Assembly (NCBI RefSeq): GCF_006345805.1
Contig: NC_043001.1
Location: 49,972,001 to 50,036,000 of the forward strand
Length of the DNA: 64,000 nt
Source of the DNA: Octopus sinensis
Taxonomy: Eukaryota
Direction of reading: 5' to 3'
The notes under the pieces were generated by a model. It saw nothing but the letters and a program-made list of their open reading frames with translations, was not told the DNA's origin and did not search any database. Both the position numbers and the translations under genes were made by a program. Positions 12,880-25,708 of the stretch are shown here, piece by piece. Within the stretch, counting starts at the first letter, position 1. Each line of letters opens with the position of its first letter.

Positions 12880-13166
12880 ACCTTGTACGCACACAATGGT
12901 AAAATAAATTTAATAATCTCAGACAAATTCATATTTCAACAAAATTATATCAACGGTTATTTCCCCTGCTTATCGTTTATGCGTATGTAATAGAAAAAAT
13001 TTCGATTCACCAAACCAAAATTTAATGAGTTTGAGCCACTCACCCAATGAGTATTCTGCCATATTTTGGTGGAAATCCATCCAGCGGTTTTCCAGTAATT
13101 TTGCAAACACACTGACAAAGATGAGCAATAACAATACCCTGCTTTCACTTACATGCTCAGGGTAAT
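12880..13166 (+). mobile_element. Possible non-autonomous Helitron/Helentron-type element 3' end
   Basis: aatccatccagcggttttccagtaatt motif followed by a terminal stem-loop accctg...cagggt-aat (13136-13166); family assignment by resemblance only. Confidence 0.4.
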
Positions 13167-16100
13167 TAATTTTAACATAGGCAACAAGGCCACAAATTTG
13201 ATGGTGGAAGTAGTTGATTAAATCATTTCCAGTATTTGATTGATACTTTATTTTATTGACTCGAGAGGAATGAAAAAATAAGATTTGAGAAGAGCATTAC
13301 TGGTAATAAAAATCATGTTTCTAACAAAGAATCAAGGCCGTAAATTTGAGAGTGAAGAGAGGGCTGGTGAAATCCACTCCAGTATATAACTGGTATTTTA
13401 TCAATCCTGGAAGATTGAAAGGCAAAGCTAAACTCAACAGAAATTATATGAACTCAGCAGCTATTCTTAGTAAATACAAGGTTGCTACTACTGAATGACA
13501 TTAGTACCATAAATAAACTAGATAATTAACATAAGTCAAACATTTGCACTGGTGGACAACAACAACAACAACAAAAGAAAAAATAGATAATATTGGAAAA
13601 GAGAAAATAAAAAGAAGACAAGAAGCTAGTGAGTACAAAGCAGCATAGTACAGCTCTACTTGTAAAAATGATTCATGCAGAGACTGGAAAATAAGCCAGA
13701 AAAACAATCTATTCACCTGGCTTTATAATCTGGAGGTGAGTAATCTCAGGACTGACTGTTGTGCAGTGTACAGTTTCAACAAAGAGGTACACCGCTATGT
13801 TGTATAGTTGACACAATGAGAAACATAAATCCATCATTACCATCGTTATCATTATCATCCCTACCACCACTGTCGAGAATAAATGATATTGTAATAGAGT
13901 TACAATCTATCAGCGTACATTATAACTATTAACTAACCAGATCATTTTACCATTTCCTTTATCCAGATTGATATTTGAAGGAGTAAAGACTGACGTAAGC
14001 ATATGGCCAACAACTCTTATTCTCTTAGCATACACATGCATGTTGGAAGAGCATACACATGCATGTTGGAAGAGTGGAAGTGGAGTATATAGTAATGCAT
14101 GTGGATACATATACACTTCTAGATGACCCACCCACACCTACACACATTCACAGTTCTTTATACCAACATATACACACACTTACACATTTCGTTATTCCAA
14201 AATACACATACAAACATTTCAATATACACACATATATGCATTTCTATATACCAACAACTACACACACACTTCTACAGACCAACATACACATGCATGCACA
14301 CAAAACGTACATGAATAATTTGACAAGTAAGCACATTAGTTATGAAGGTATGATTTGAGATAACCAATCTTGTAGTCACAAGTTTAAAATCTTGTTTTGA
14401 ACTATTGCCTTTTAACCCTTTAAATGCAAAATTGAACTTAATGGTTATTCCACTGATGATAGTAAATATCCACCATAAAAAAAAAAAAAAAGCATTGGCA
14501 TTTTCTGCAAGTCACGTTGTGTCCAATAAACTTGTCAAGTCTCTCAAAGAAAAACAGTTTCATACATGGCAGTCTTTAACAAGAGATAGATCGGAACACA
14601 AAATTGCCTTTTGCAGTTAAGGGTAATGAAATTTTGAGTGGATGTATCTGATTTCTGCAGTAAAAAGGTTAAGGAAAATATTACTAAGCAGATTTCCATT
14701 TTCTTCATTCCCTTCATAGAGCAAGTATTTATAACTAAAGTTAATACTACAAAGTTGTTAAGTTTTAGTTATCTATACTTGCACCAGCAACATGCACCAA
14801 AACAAGGAATAAGACCTGAATGTTAACATATTTAGTTTCAATAAGGCTGAAATTCTGGAAGTTTAAAAAATCAAACTGAAACACACGAAAGGCATGTGAT
14901 CAACTTCCTAAAGTGGGCGGCACCAATCTTTAGGGAGGGTGATATGAACTGAGTGGTGTACTGATGCTAAGACCACGAAATGGATTGTGAGCCAACACAA
15001 GAAATAGGATACAGAATATTTCATTAAACTTTCTGAAAAGTAAAACAGTTAGTAAATTAATTACTCCTCCCTAGAGTCTATATTTAAATTGATTCCAAGT
15101 AATTTAGAATCCAGATTTGTCTCCCTTGCAGTTATTGACCAGAATTAGACAATGATTTTTAAAAAAATTATAATTAAAACTTTTTGGCACATTACATCAA
15201 TTATGTTAGTCCCCACTAACATACTGTGTGTGTGTAGATACGTTTATATCTACAATTTAGTCCAGATAAGGAACTGGTGGTAGTCAGGTATGAAGTCCTT
15301 GGGCCAGATCCTGACCTAGATGCTTACAGAAGAGCAATCTTCACTCAAGGCACCAAAACGTATGGGTGGTGAAGCGAAACAACAAATTTAGCTTTACTAC
15401 CTAACAACAGCAAAGGTTTCTTGAAAGGGTTTCCTCAAAGTTTTATCTAACTTTTGCTCACAAGGCTTTGGCAGGTCTAAGACTTTGGTCAAGGATACCT
15501 GCTCAAAGTGTCACACAGAATATGACATTTTATACTATATTATCTATCTATATGTACAGGTATACCTTCATGGCTAAGTTCACTTCACAACTCCATAGCT
15601 ATGGGGTCAAAGTGAAATTGCTCTTGCTTCTATATCTGAGTGAATGACTCTGCAGTGTGTATTGAGTTTTAAAATTAATCAAATGTGTTGGGGGGGGGGG
15701 TCGTACTATATGGCGATTTAATAGCAGCAACAAGCATTTTCTTTTAAAAAAAAAAATTCTGAGGTTACATTCAATGAAGTTGGCAATGTTGTGCTTTTGA
15801 TTACAGTTAGAAATTTGTGATCTTATCTAGCACAAGACATTCTATATCACTCAGGAAAGAGGAGACAATATTCCTCAATTAAAGGGAATATTACCGCGAA
15901 AGCAAATCATATAGCAGTTACAATAAACGTAATTTTTATGCAACTGTAAAATTCAAATTATTAACATTGCCAATATCTTAGCCACAAAAGAATCCATTTC
16001 TTTATATTTACACATGAAAAAATTCAAACTTCAATCCTTTCAAACATCTGTGGACTGGTAACATTTCAGTTCTAGTTGAATATTTAATTAAAATTTGGAA

Positions 16101-16532
16101 TCAGGATTTGTGAAAGTTGAAACTCAAAATTTATGTCTGAAGTGTGAGACTTGAAAATGTAAAATTCAAACAATTTCCCCTTCATTAGCCTACCTCCCAA
16201 GAAAAAAGACAATATTCTCAAAATAATCTCTTCTGACAGTTAATGATTTTAACATCATGAATATTTTTCAGCATGAATTATCACCCTTAACCTGAATTTT
16301 TCCAATGAAACTAATGTGTAGTGACATATGAGGAATGATATCCAATGAAATGCGTGTCCTGGAACCATTTTCCAATTTTTTTTTTTTTTAAACTGTTTTT
16401 AATAAAGAAGAAAATTTGTTACCAGAGGAAATGTAAAAAAACTGAGTAGTGGCATGAAAATTGTAAGTCAAATACATTAAATATATAGTAAAGACTCACA
16501 CAAGCTTAGGAAATACCTATGTATGCATGTAT

Positions 16533-16593
<61 letters not shown>

Positions 16594-16969
16594 GACCCAA
16601 GATCTTGTGAGATTTTTACAGCTAGTACTTGTATTGGTTTATGAAATAGATAAGAGAAATTTCTTCTCTCCTCTAACAGGATGCCAACAACTTTGCCAGA
16701 TGACCTAATATCTATTCCTGACAGCTTGGTAAACTGTGAAGTAATGGAGTGTAAATTATTTTGACCAGAAACACAACAAAATGTTTTAAAGCAGATATGA
16801 ACTATTGAACTATGTGCAGGTAGGCCAATATGTTACTGACTTAATGAGGTTGCTTAATAAACAAGACAACATTCCTATCCATGGGGCTAAAGAAGAAACT
16901 TCCACATTATTACATAGCCTGCAAGGACTAGCAGCCAAATCTCCCTCATATCACATTCTGTTGCTTTAA

Positions 16970-17188
16970 CCCTTTAGCATTCAGATTACTTTGTCAAATG
17001 TTAGCTTATTTATTCACATTTTTAAAAATTCATCATGAATCACCTTGTAGCTTTGAAATTTCAATGATGTGATTGTTTATTTTTCGAATACCATTACAGG
17101 CTAAGTGTGAGAGGTAAGATCTGGCTAGTTTGAACATAAAGTGGACAGAATATTTTGACCCAATATGGCCGGTTTAAATGCTAAAGAA
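16970..17188. mobile_element. piggyBac-type MITE (~220 bp)
   Basis: TTAA-ccctttagcatt ... aatgctaaagaa-TTAA; homologues at 34679 and 35506. Confidence 0.8.
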
Positions 17189-18029
17189 TTAAAATAGAAT
17201 GACAAATTGGATGAAGCAGCCCTTCAGGAAAAGACAGGATAGTCGTGGATGACCATAAGTCTATACAACCAGGGTTGACCTGGGGTTAAACAACAATTGT
17301 GCTACTAGATCTGGGTTGAAAGTATGGATTAAAGCAGAATTCCCAAACATAGTAAACACATTTAGTTCTACGTTAGGCTTCTCTCATCTTCAACTCTTCC
17401 GCCTCTAATCATCCCTCCTCCCCGACCACTAACTATATAAAGTTATGTGCCGTTGGTTTTCTTCAAAAATGAAACCACGTAGCCAAGATTCTTATCTCCT
17501 AATAATCTGGGGATTCAAACAGATACAAGTGGATTAAGTAATGCCCACCCCCTCCTCTAATCCATATGAAATAAGATATGGATGGTAATATAGAACTGCA
17601 CCACAGAAGACTAAGTTTCCATGAAGAAAGAGGCTGTAAGTTTTCTTCATAGACACAGAGAGAGTTGGGGGAGGAATGTGAAAAGAGGGAGCTACCCAAC
17701 TGATGGTTGCATAGAAAATTGGATATTTAACCAGTTCTGATAATAACGGTGATCTCACAATAATTTAAAAAGCTGTTTGGTTGGGTCAGAGATACAAGAG
17801 ACTTCAGGAGCCAGCCATATCTCTTATTTCCCATAATCATTATTTCTTTCTCTCTCTCTCTCATTCAATTTCTCATTATACCTATCAGTTAGTCAATTGA
17901 TAGGTCTACCTATCTGCACATCTAAATTCTGATTTGTCAGTCTATCTATCAGTCCATGTGCATATCTATATGAAGACTGAGCTACCTATCCATATCTCTC
18001 TTTCTCCTGCTACTGCACACGCACGCACG

Positions 18030-18070
<41 letters not shown>

Positions 18071-19402
18071 GGTAACTCAAAAACTCAGTAAGACCAATAC
18101 TTTTAAATGAAAGAAGTATTTCCAAGAGATGACGTCAGTAATAAGTAAAAGCTGATGAAATAAATTTCATTTCAAGTCACTGATATAATGTATTTAATAT
18201 CGATATCATTGCTGTGATCATCAAATCTAATATGCTAATGGAAAATGTTCATCAAGTGTGTGTGTGTGTGAGAGAGAGAGCATGTGTGCACATGTGAATA
18301 CAGGTATCTTTATGTTTACACCAGTCAAAAAGCTGGTGTCATTTATGTTGTAGACTTTATGTCTAGTAACTTAGTAATGTAACAAAAAGACTGGAGTACT
18401 TGGATGGGGTAAGGTTTAATATGGTCAACGATAAACTTTAAAGCAGGTGGACCAGTATGGCCACAGTCCAACAACTGAAATAAGTAAAAGAATACAAGAA
18501 CACGATAAGGAAACTTATGTTGAGGCAAAAACATATTTTAACAGGATATTTCATAGTATCTCTTGAAGAAGGAAATCATAATATTCAGAGGAGGGCCAGT
18601 CATATCTCAGCATCTCTCTGTCACACACACAAAATTCTTTTTGGCAAAAGGACTACTACATCACACACAAAGAGGAAGTACTTACTATATCCTGTTGTAC
18701 CACTTACTGAGTTGTATCTTGCACATACACACTTTTACATGCATATCCCACGCAGATTTTCAATTTGTGCCCTACTGTATTACACTGAACCACATCGCTC
18801 AAACACATACATGTACTACAATGCCATACCACTACATACTTGCATCTTTGATAGCATCTTGCAGAAAAGGAAGGTCTGCACAAAGATATAGAAGTTGATC
18901 TGGGATTAGTCAAGCCAGCCACAACATAATTATTAACTAATCATACTACAGGGTCTAGAAGCATGGAATCTAATGAACCATTTATCCAATGTAGCCTTCC
19001 TCAGTTATTAGTCATGACATACCATCAGCTTTCATCTGCTCCACTATGATAGCTTGAGTTAACTGATTTAACTTATATCCTTCTGAGAGCTTTTTTTCTT
19101 TTTCTTTTGTAATCTACAAATAACAATGCTACAGAGATCTTAGTATATAGAATGGACATTGGCATTGTAACACACATACACCTACTGTGTTATGGTGTAT
19201 ATTGAAGTATAAAGGATGTTGATTCAGTGAGATTTTGGCCTCCAATATGCAGTCACTAACATATGGTCAACATTTAAATGCTGAGATTTTGCAGTTCTTA
19301 GATCTGTCATTGTTATTGTTTGACCTCAGTCAATCCATGATCAAAGGCATTCAATGCATGACCAGCCCATCCTTTTTGGTCACCTCCTCACACCAGATTA
19401 TA

Positions 19403-19808
19403 GGCACAAATCTGGTTGTGTGGTTGAGAAGCTTGCTTAGTAACCATGTGGCCTTGGGTTCAGTCCAACTGTGCAGCATCTTGGGGAATTGTCTTCTACT
19501 GTATAACTTCAGCTTTGTGAGTGGATTTGGTAGATGGAAACTTTAAGAAACCTGTCTCATGCGTGTGTGTGTGCCCTTGTCAAGACATCATATTATGGTT
19601 GTAAAGGAGTATCATCATCATCATACAAGTGAAGATGTTCGTTTCCAGTCTTCCACTGAAAACATATCAGGACCTGGAAAAATACTACTGCACTTGGAAA
19701 TAAGTGGGTATTAGTGACAGGAAGGGCTTCCAGCCAGAGAAAAATATGCCTCAACAAATTATGCTTGACACAAGCAAACATGGAAAAATGGATGTTAAAT
19801 GATGATGA
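19403..19808 (+). mobile_element. SINE, type A head with (GAT)n-terminated tail, full length
   Basis: Type A head, (TG)n, then gacaggaagggcttccagcc...ggatgttaaatgatgatgag. Confidence 0.85.
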
Positions 19809-20704
19809 GTGCATGCAGAACTACATCCAATGTGTGTCGCCTCCTTTTTCAAAAGGTTCAGCTGTGACTAAGGTGCTGAAGAAGCAGTCATTGGAATATT
19901 GGATAGAATGCTTTACAATATTTATTTTGGCTCTCAATGCTTGGAGTTAGTCTGCACCTTGGAGACAAGCTTTCCATAGTCAACTGTATCCTAAGGAGGC
20001 CCTAGAGGGTGTGACAAATGGAAGATTTAGCTGCTATTTCTAGCAAGTCAAGTAACCCCATTGATGGTCTCATTGTTGTTGTTGATACTGAAAGTTTATA
20101 TATTTTTCTATTTGTCCTAACACACATAATTCCAAGTAATCGGGCAGCTTTTAAGAGCTAAACTAACATTATAACCAGAACAGGAAAACTTAGTTTAATA
20201 GAATGAGAGATCTCCTTTAGCTACATTTTAGCAAGTAAGGAAGTAGTTGTGATATAAACACTTGACTATTTTATAATACTCATCTTTAAAACTACTTGAC
20301 AATAGACAAGCATCAAGCACTTGTAATTTAATAATAATACATCTACATATAGTAAATTAAAAATAAGTTTTTATGGAGACTAGTTTTGTTTTCCCATCCA
20401 ATTCAAAGCAATCTTTATGTGTCTTTTCTCAAATTTATTAATGTTCAACAAAAATAATTTTCAACACAAAAACAGAGATTTGTATGTTTATATTTTCTAC
20501 AATGGGAACTAACCTCAACAAACTTGAGGTTCTCTAATAATTGTATTTAGACTGCCTGAGAAAAATATTGTGTTCTTTTCAATTGATCAAACTATGACAG
20601 AAGAGTGTCAAGCCAACCAGACATCTCTATGTAGTCACTTAGCCAGAAACAGAAACCAAATTCTTCCTCACAATCTTTAAAAGGAGAACACATTTCTTTT
20701 TTAT

Positions 20705-21010
20705 TGTTGTATGGTAAAACTATAAACCCCTCCCAGCAAAAAATGGTAGGGGACAGCCATTTTAAATAAACCAGTAGCCGGTTGTCAAGTGTGGGTCGAG
20801 AGTCAAAGAGTTGAGAGTCTACAGTTCTAGTTGGTATCTTGTGGAGCTATCAGCAATAGTAAGACAGAAGTTAGTGTATTACTATTCTGACATGAAGAGA
20901 TACAACGGTATCCAATGACTAGTAACTACTGTAGCTACTAGTGAAAAACAGCAACTACAGTACACCAGCAGTCACACATCACACCAATAGGAGGAACCCA
21001 CTTTATAACA
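20705..21010. mobile_element. Probable solo LTR (306 bp)
   Basis: Termini TGTTGTA...TATAACA (6/7 inverted match), flanked on both sides by TTTAT (20700-20704 and 21011-21015); internal aaataaa; more GC-rich than its flanks. Confidence 0.5.
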
Positions 21011-23329
21011 TTTATATTGCTTACTGAGGAAGCAGGGAACCACATTACTCCAGTACACTCAGCTAAAAGTGAATACCAGTGGAATCTGGTGTTTAACCCT
21101 TGATGGACTAGCATTCTGTTCAGAAAAGAGCCTTATACTTTTAGTCTAAACACCTAAGTTTGGGTATGTTCATGAGCCTATAGGTTCTTTTTGTAGATGC
21201 CTTTATTTAGTCAAAGTGGGAGATGGCAGTACTCATGGCACTTTTTCAGGGTTTCCACAAGGTGGAAGGCAGATTGGAAGTGCCTTCAACTTGAATATCT
21301 GGCTTGAAGGCTTACAATAGAGTGAAATTCTCCACTAAAGACACTCAAGGTAGTGCTATTAAACTGGGTGGTGAAGTAAGTCTACTATATAAGTAGGCCA
21401 TAGCAGAACTTGAACTCAGAATGCAAAGAATTAGAACAAAGAAATACTGCAAGGGACCATGTCTGGCACTCTAACAATTCCACCATTCTAGACTGGTGCT
21501 TTATTTTAACAAACCCAGAAAAATGAAACACAAGGATAACCACTGTGGGATTTAAACTCAGAGTGTAGGGGGCCAGAACATACAGCAAGGTATTCTAAAT
21601 GGTGCTCTAACAACTCTACCAATATGCTGCCTGCTTACGTGTGTGCATGCGTGTAGCAGCAACATCTGAAATATAATAAACAGTGCTCTTTATGAATATA
21701 TGATAAAGGAATGTGATGTGAAGTTTCTATGTGGTTACTCAACTTGCTAGATGCAGTAGCCACACCAACATTTTTGAAAAATAACACATTTGATAATGCA
21801 CTTATCTAAGATGTCATGTAGAGGGAACTCAGAACCTCAAGATTACAAAGCAAAATTCTTAACCACTCAACCACAAATAGTAACACATGCACACAACACA
21901 ACCTGTGCCAAGCTGTTTTATCTACAAGACAGCTGATTCACATCCTGTTGCTGTTATTCAGTTGTGTCCATAACGAAGGTATTTAACTTCCAGCAGCTCA
22001 GGCGATCTAGCTGTAATATTGGTACCATAGAAGTGAGGTGGGGTTGTTGGCAGAGTATAACTGGCAACTGTCTTGTTAGTTTGAGTTCAAATCCTCTCAA
22101 TGGCAAAAAAAAGAAAGAGCATCTCATGAATTTCAGTTTAGTGAATCACTATGGCAATGTTTGATGGCTGCATCATCATTAACCATCCTGACTGGCTTCT
22201 GGTGCAACGTTACTTAATGATAAGCTTCACAATGTAGAATTGAAACAGATTAAGATCTTTCTGGTGGTGGTGGTGGGTTTTTCGTGAAGGGTGATGAGGA
22301 AAGAGAAAGATTAGAAGAGAGAAAAACCAAAAAGATGAGACTCAAACCAAGCGTAATTAAAGGGAAACATTCTTAGCACCACCACCACTTCTACCACCAC
22401 ACACCATTCAATGCCATTATCATCATCATCATAGCAAGCATCTATACTATAATGGAGAAAGCTGCTTATTAATTAGGTATGTAACAATTACTAAAAGTAC
22501 TAAAAGAAAGCAATTATTAAAGGGTTGATCGCCTGGAAATATTTTTATAAATTCATGTTTTAAGAAATTTTCTATAATTTCAATTTCTCAAGTTTACTGA
22601 ATTTTTTAACTCCAATTTCTCACAAATTTAAATATTCACTGCATCCAATTCATCACAAATTTAAATATTCATTGCATTCACTGCAGAGTATTCCACTTTC
22701 ATTTGCAAAGTCTCTCACTTTTTCTTTGAAGTTATAATTCGCTATTAATGTATATGTAAAGTAAAAGTATTTATTGAATGGAAGTTTTTTTAAATACTAG
22801 TATAATTTCTGAACGTAGTATAGCTGTGAGAAAAGCCTAGAAAGTTGGGTAATTACTATTAGAAGACAAGGACAAAAAAAGGAAAAAAAGTTACCAACAA
22901 GAACTCGAAATTTGCACCTTATTCACAGTTTACAAACAACTTCAACAGTGACACACACATAGATACACATTTGTGCACACACATAGATACACAAACACAC
23001 AAATGAAAGGCAATGAATGAATGTGTGTGTGCGTGCGCGTGCGTGCATGCATGTGTGTGTGTGTGTGTAAGGTGTCTTCAGTAGATATACAATGCAAATA
23101 TGGATAATATCTAGGATAACAATGAGGAAGTAGGTTTCTTCATTGCTATCTTAAATATCTTTTTTATCTTTAGAGAAGCTCTTTTCATGAAACAACAGAA
23201 GTGACATCACATAACATTCAAACATCCAAATTTTCAAACTTTTGTTTAATGATTTCTATTTTTATCAAAGCAGACCATCACTAGTTTTTTCAAAATACAG
23301 TACATCTTTGTTTAAGAAAAGATATGAGC

Positions 23330-23690
23330 ACTAACTGCTGCTCACAAGAAATCATTAAATAGGAACTGTACCTGGATATTCCATACAGCTGAGGATGTCT
23401 TGTGGGTGGAAAACATTAATAATGTTAGCCTCCACACCAGTTTACGTTTGGTGACCACAAAGATTTAACAAAAAGAAAAAAATTTAAGTAAAGGTTGCTG
23501 GCCACAACATCCATTATTCTCATTGCATCACTTCAAGACTTGTTCTCTGGGAGCCCATGCATGATGATGTACGATATTCAGAGGATAACACTTGTGAATA
23601 GGTTGAGGAAGGATAGCTGCACCTTGGACTGGAGCAGGTGAAGAGTTGTCACCTCAAGAGCCCAAGTGGCTGCATTGACCCTGACTATAG
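23330..23690 (+). mobile_element. RTE-clade LINE, 3' ORF2 relic
   Basis: VKVAGHNIHYSHCITSRLVLWEPMH resembles the RTE C-terminal L.LAGHC.RH......LVLWEP.HG motif. Confidence 0.65.
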
Positions 23691-25291
23691 TGAATGAATA
23701 TCAAACAGTTTAACACATGAGGTGCCATGTGACAGGGCAGCCACTTGGTGTACAGCAATTCTACTTCCATTACCATCCTACCAGTGGTAGTAACAATGGA
23801 GCCAGATGTGTATAACAAACAAAAACAAATATCTTTGGAATATTCATTTGCATACCAAAAACAGATTTATAGTATTAGGGTCTTATCTGTTAGGGCCTTC
23901 TAAAATTACGCTGTTCCAAACTTGCTTCAGAGACAGTGAAAAATACTTTCATTACTTTCAGACATCCAATATGCCTCTGATAAGTGGCTTTCAATATTGG
24001 GCTTATCAACAGAATATTAAGTTTTATAGAACAACAAACATTGGTTGAGATATCAGCTGATATCAATACTGACACAAATTAAAAAAAAAAAAAAAAAAAA
24101 AGCTTTATGCTCAATTATTGTTTACATATTTACTCTAAGAGACAAACTTTTTTTTTTATATGAGTATAAGGACCTGATATATCAAGTAGAAATAAATGTT
24201 GCCATGACAATTGCATTACATTGAGCAATACCCAACACTTTGCTGGTTACATTTTCAGATATAAAGTGGAATTGGTGGGAAATAATCGAAAAGGAATTAT
24301 CTGACAATATGTGGTACAATATATCAACATAAACTGCTGGAATTTATAAAGTCTGTTGTACTTAGCTTTGAATTCTGCTCTTTGGATAAAATGACAGACC
24401 ATCAAAGGTGAAATTCAATGAACATTTGGCACAAATACCTCATCCCTGTCCCAACTAAATGTCCGACCCATTAAGTCTAAGAAGCTGAGTATCTGACAAA
24501 CATATGTACCCTTAATGTAATTCTCAAGCTGTACCAGCATGATGCAATATGTGACTAGGTTGGACTTTTCAATTATTGGTACAATCCTTACAACTTTCTG
24601 AACAGTTGTGTCTGAGGAGAGTCATTCCCTTTTAGTGACTTATAATTTAACACACTCACCAGTACAATTTCCACTCATTTACTTATTTATTTTTCTAAGG
24701 CTATAATAAAGGCACTTGACTAAAATGTTAAGCAGTGGGATCATAACTGAAACTCATGGCTGCAAAGCAAACTTCTTAACCACTCAGCCACAAAACCAAG
24801 AATGTAACAAGAAACAAGACTGAAAATAAAACTAACAAAGCTAACACTACAACCAGCAATAACAAAGATTCAATTGTTTGTTTTTTCATTTTTTTTTTCT
24901 CTTTACATAATAAAATGTCATAAAAGAGCAAAAAACAAGAGCTAAAAATATCAGTAAAAGAATTGTTTTCAACTTCAACAAGTCATAAATTTAAAATAAT
25001 TCGTATGAACTACAATGAAATATAAGTAAATTTTGTGAAAATTCTTTATCAAATGTATACAAAAGTTTCTGTTTTCCACATGTCACAACTAATTAGAAAG
25101 GAATAAAATAACATTAGTGCCACTCAAAGGGATTCTTTGTTGAGACTTTGACCAAAACAATATGGCAGATAAATCTTTTCCAACAAAGCCCATATTATCT
25201 CCAAATGAAAAATTACATGCTTTTTAAGTCTCTAAATCTCATGGATAATTTGGACACAAGAGAGACAAAATTACTAAATAACTAGGAACAA

Positions 25292-25708
25292 GGCTGTAGG
25301 AGTGGCTGTGTGGTAAGTAGCTTGCTTACCAACCACATGGTTCTGCGTTCAGTCCCACTGCGTGGCACATTGGGCAAGTGTCTTCTATTATAGCCTTGAG
25401 CCGACCAAAGCCTTGTGAGTGGATTTGGTAGGCAGAAACTGAAAAAAGCCTGTCGTATACATGTATATATATATATGTGTGTGTGTGTGTGTAGGTGTGT
25501 GTGTGTTTGTGTGTCTGTGTTTGTCTCCCCAACATCGCTTGACAACCAATGGTGGTGTGTTTACATCCCCATAACTTAGCAGTTCGACAAAAAAGACTGA
25601 CAGAATATGTACTAGGCTTACAAAGAATAAGTCCTGGGGGTGATTTGCTCGACTAAAGGTGGTGATCCAGCATGGCCATAGTCAAATGACTGAAACAAGT
25701 AAAAGAGT
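25292..25708 (+). mobile_element. SINE type A, full length, well preserved
   Basis: ggagtggctgtgtggtaagtagcttgcttaccaaccacatggttc head through ...caaatgactgaaacaagtaaaagag tail. Confidence 0.95.

Noticed and set aside
14906-14935. GC box plus CCAAT inside a small hairpin
   Set aside because: Short motifs with no CpG island or other promoter support.
16680-16729. Plus-strand exon candidate MPTTLPDDLISIPDSL
   Set aside because: Lies within a recognisable decayed SINE body continuing into ...gtgtaaattattttgaccagaaacacaac.
18130-18137. Perfect CRE palindrome tgacgtca
   Set aside because: An 8-mer is expected by chance roughly once in a window of this size.
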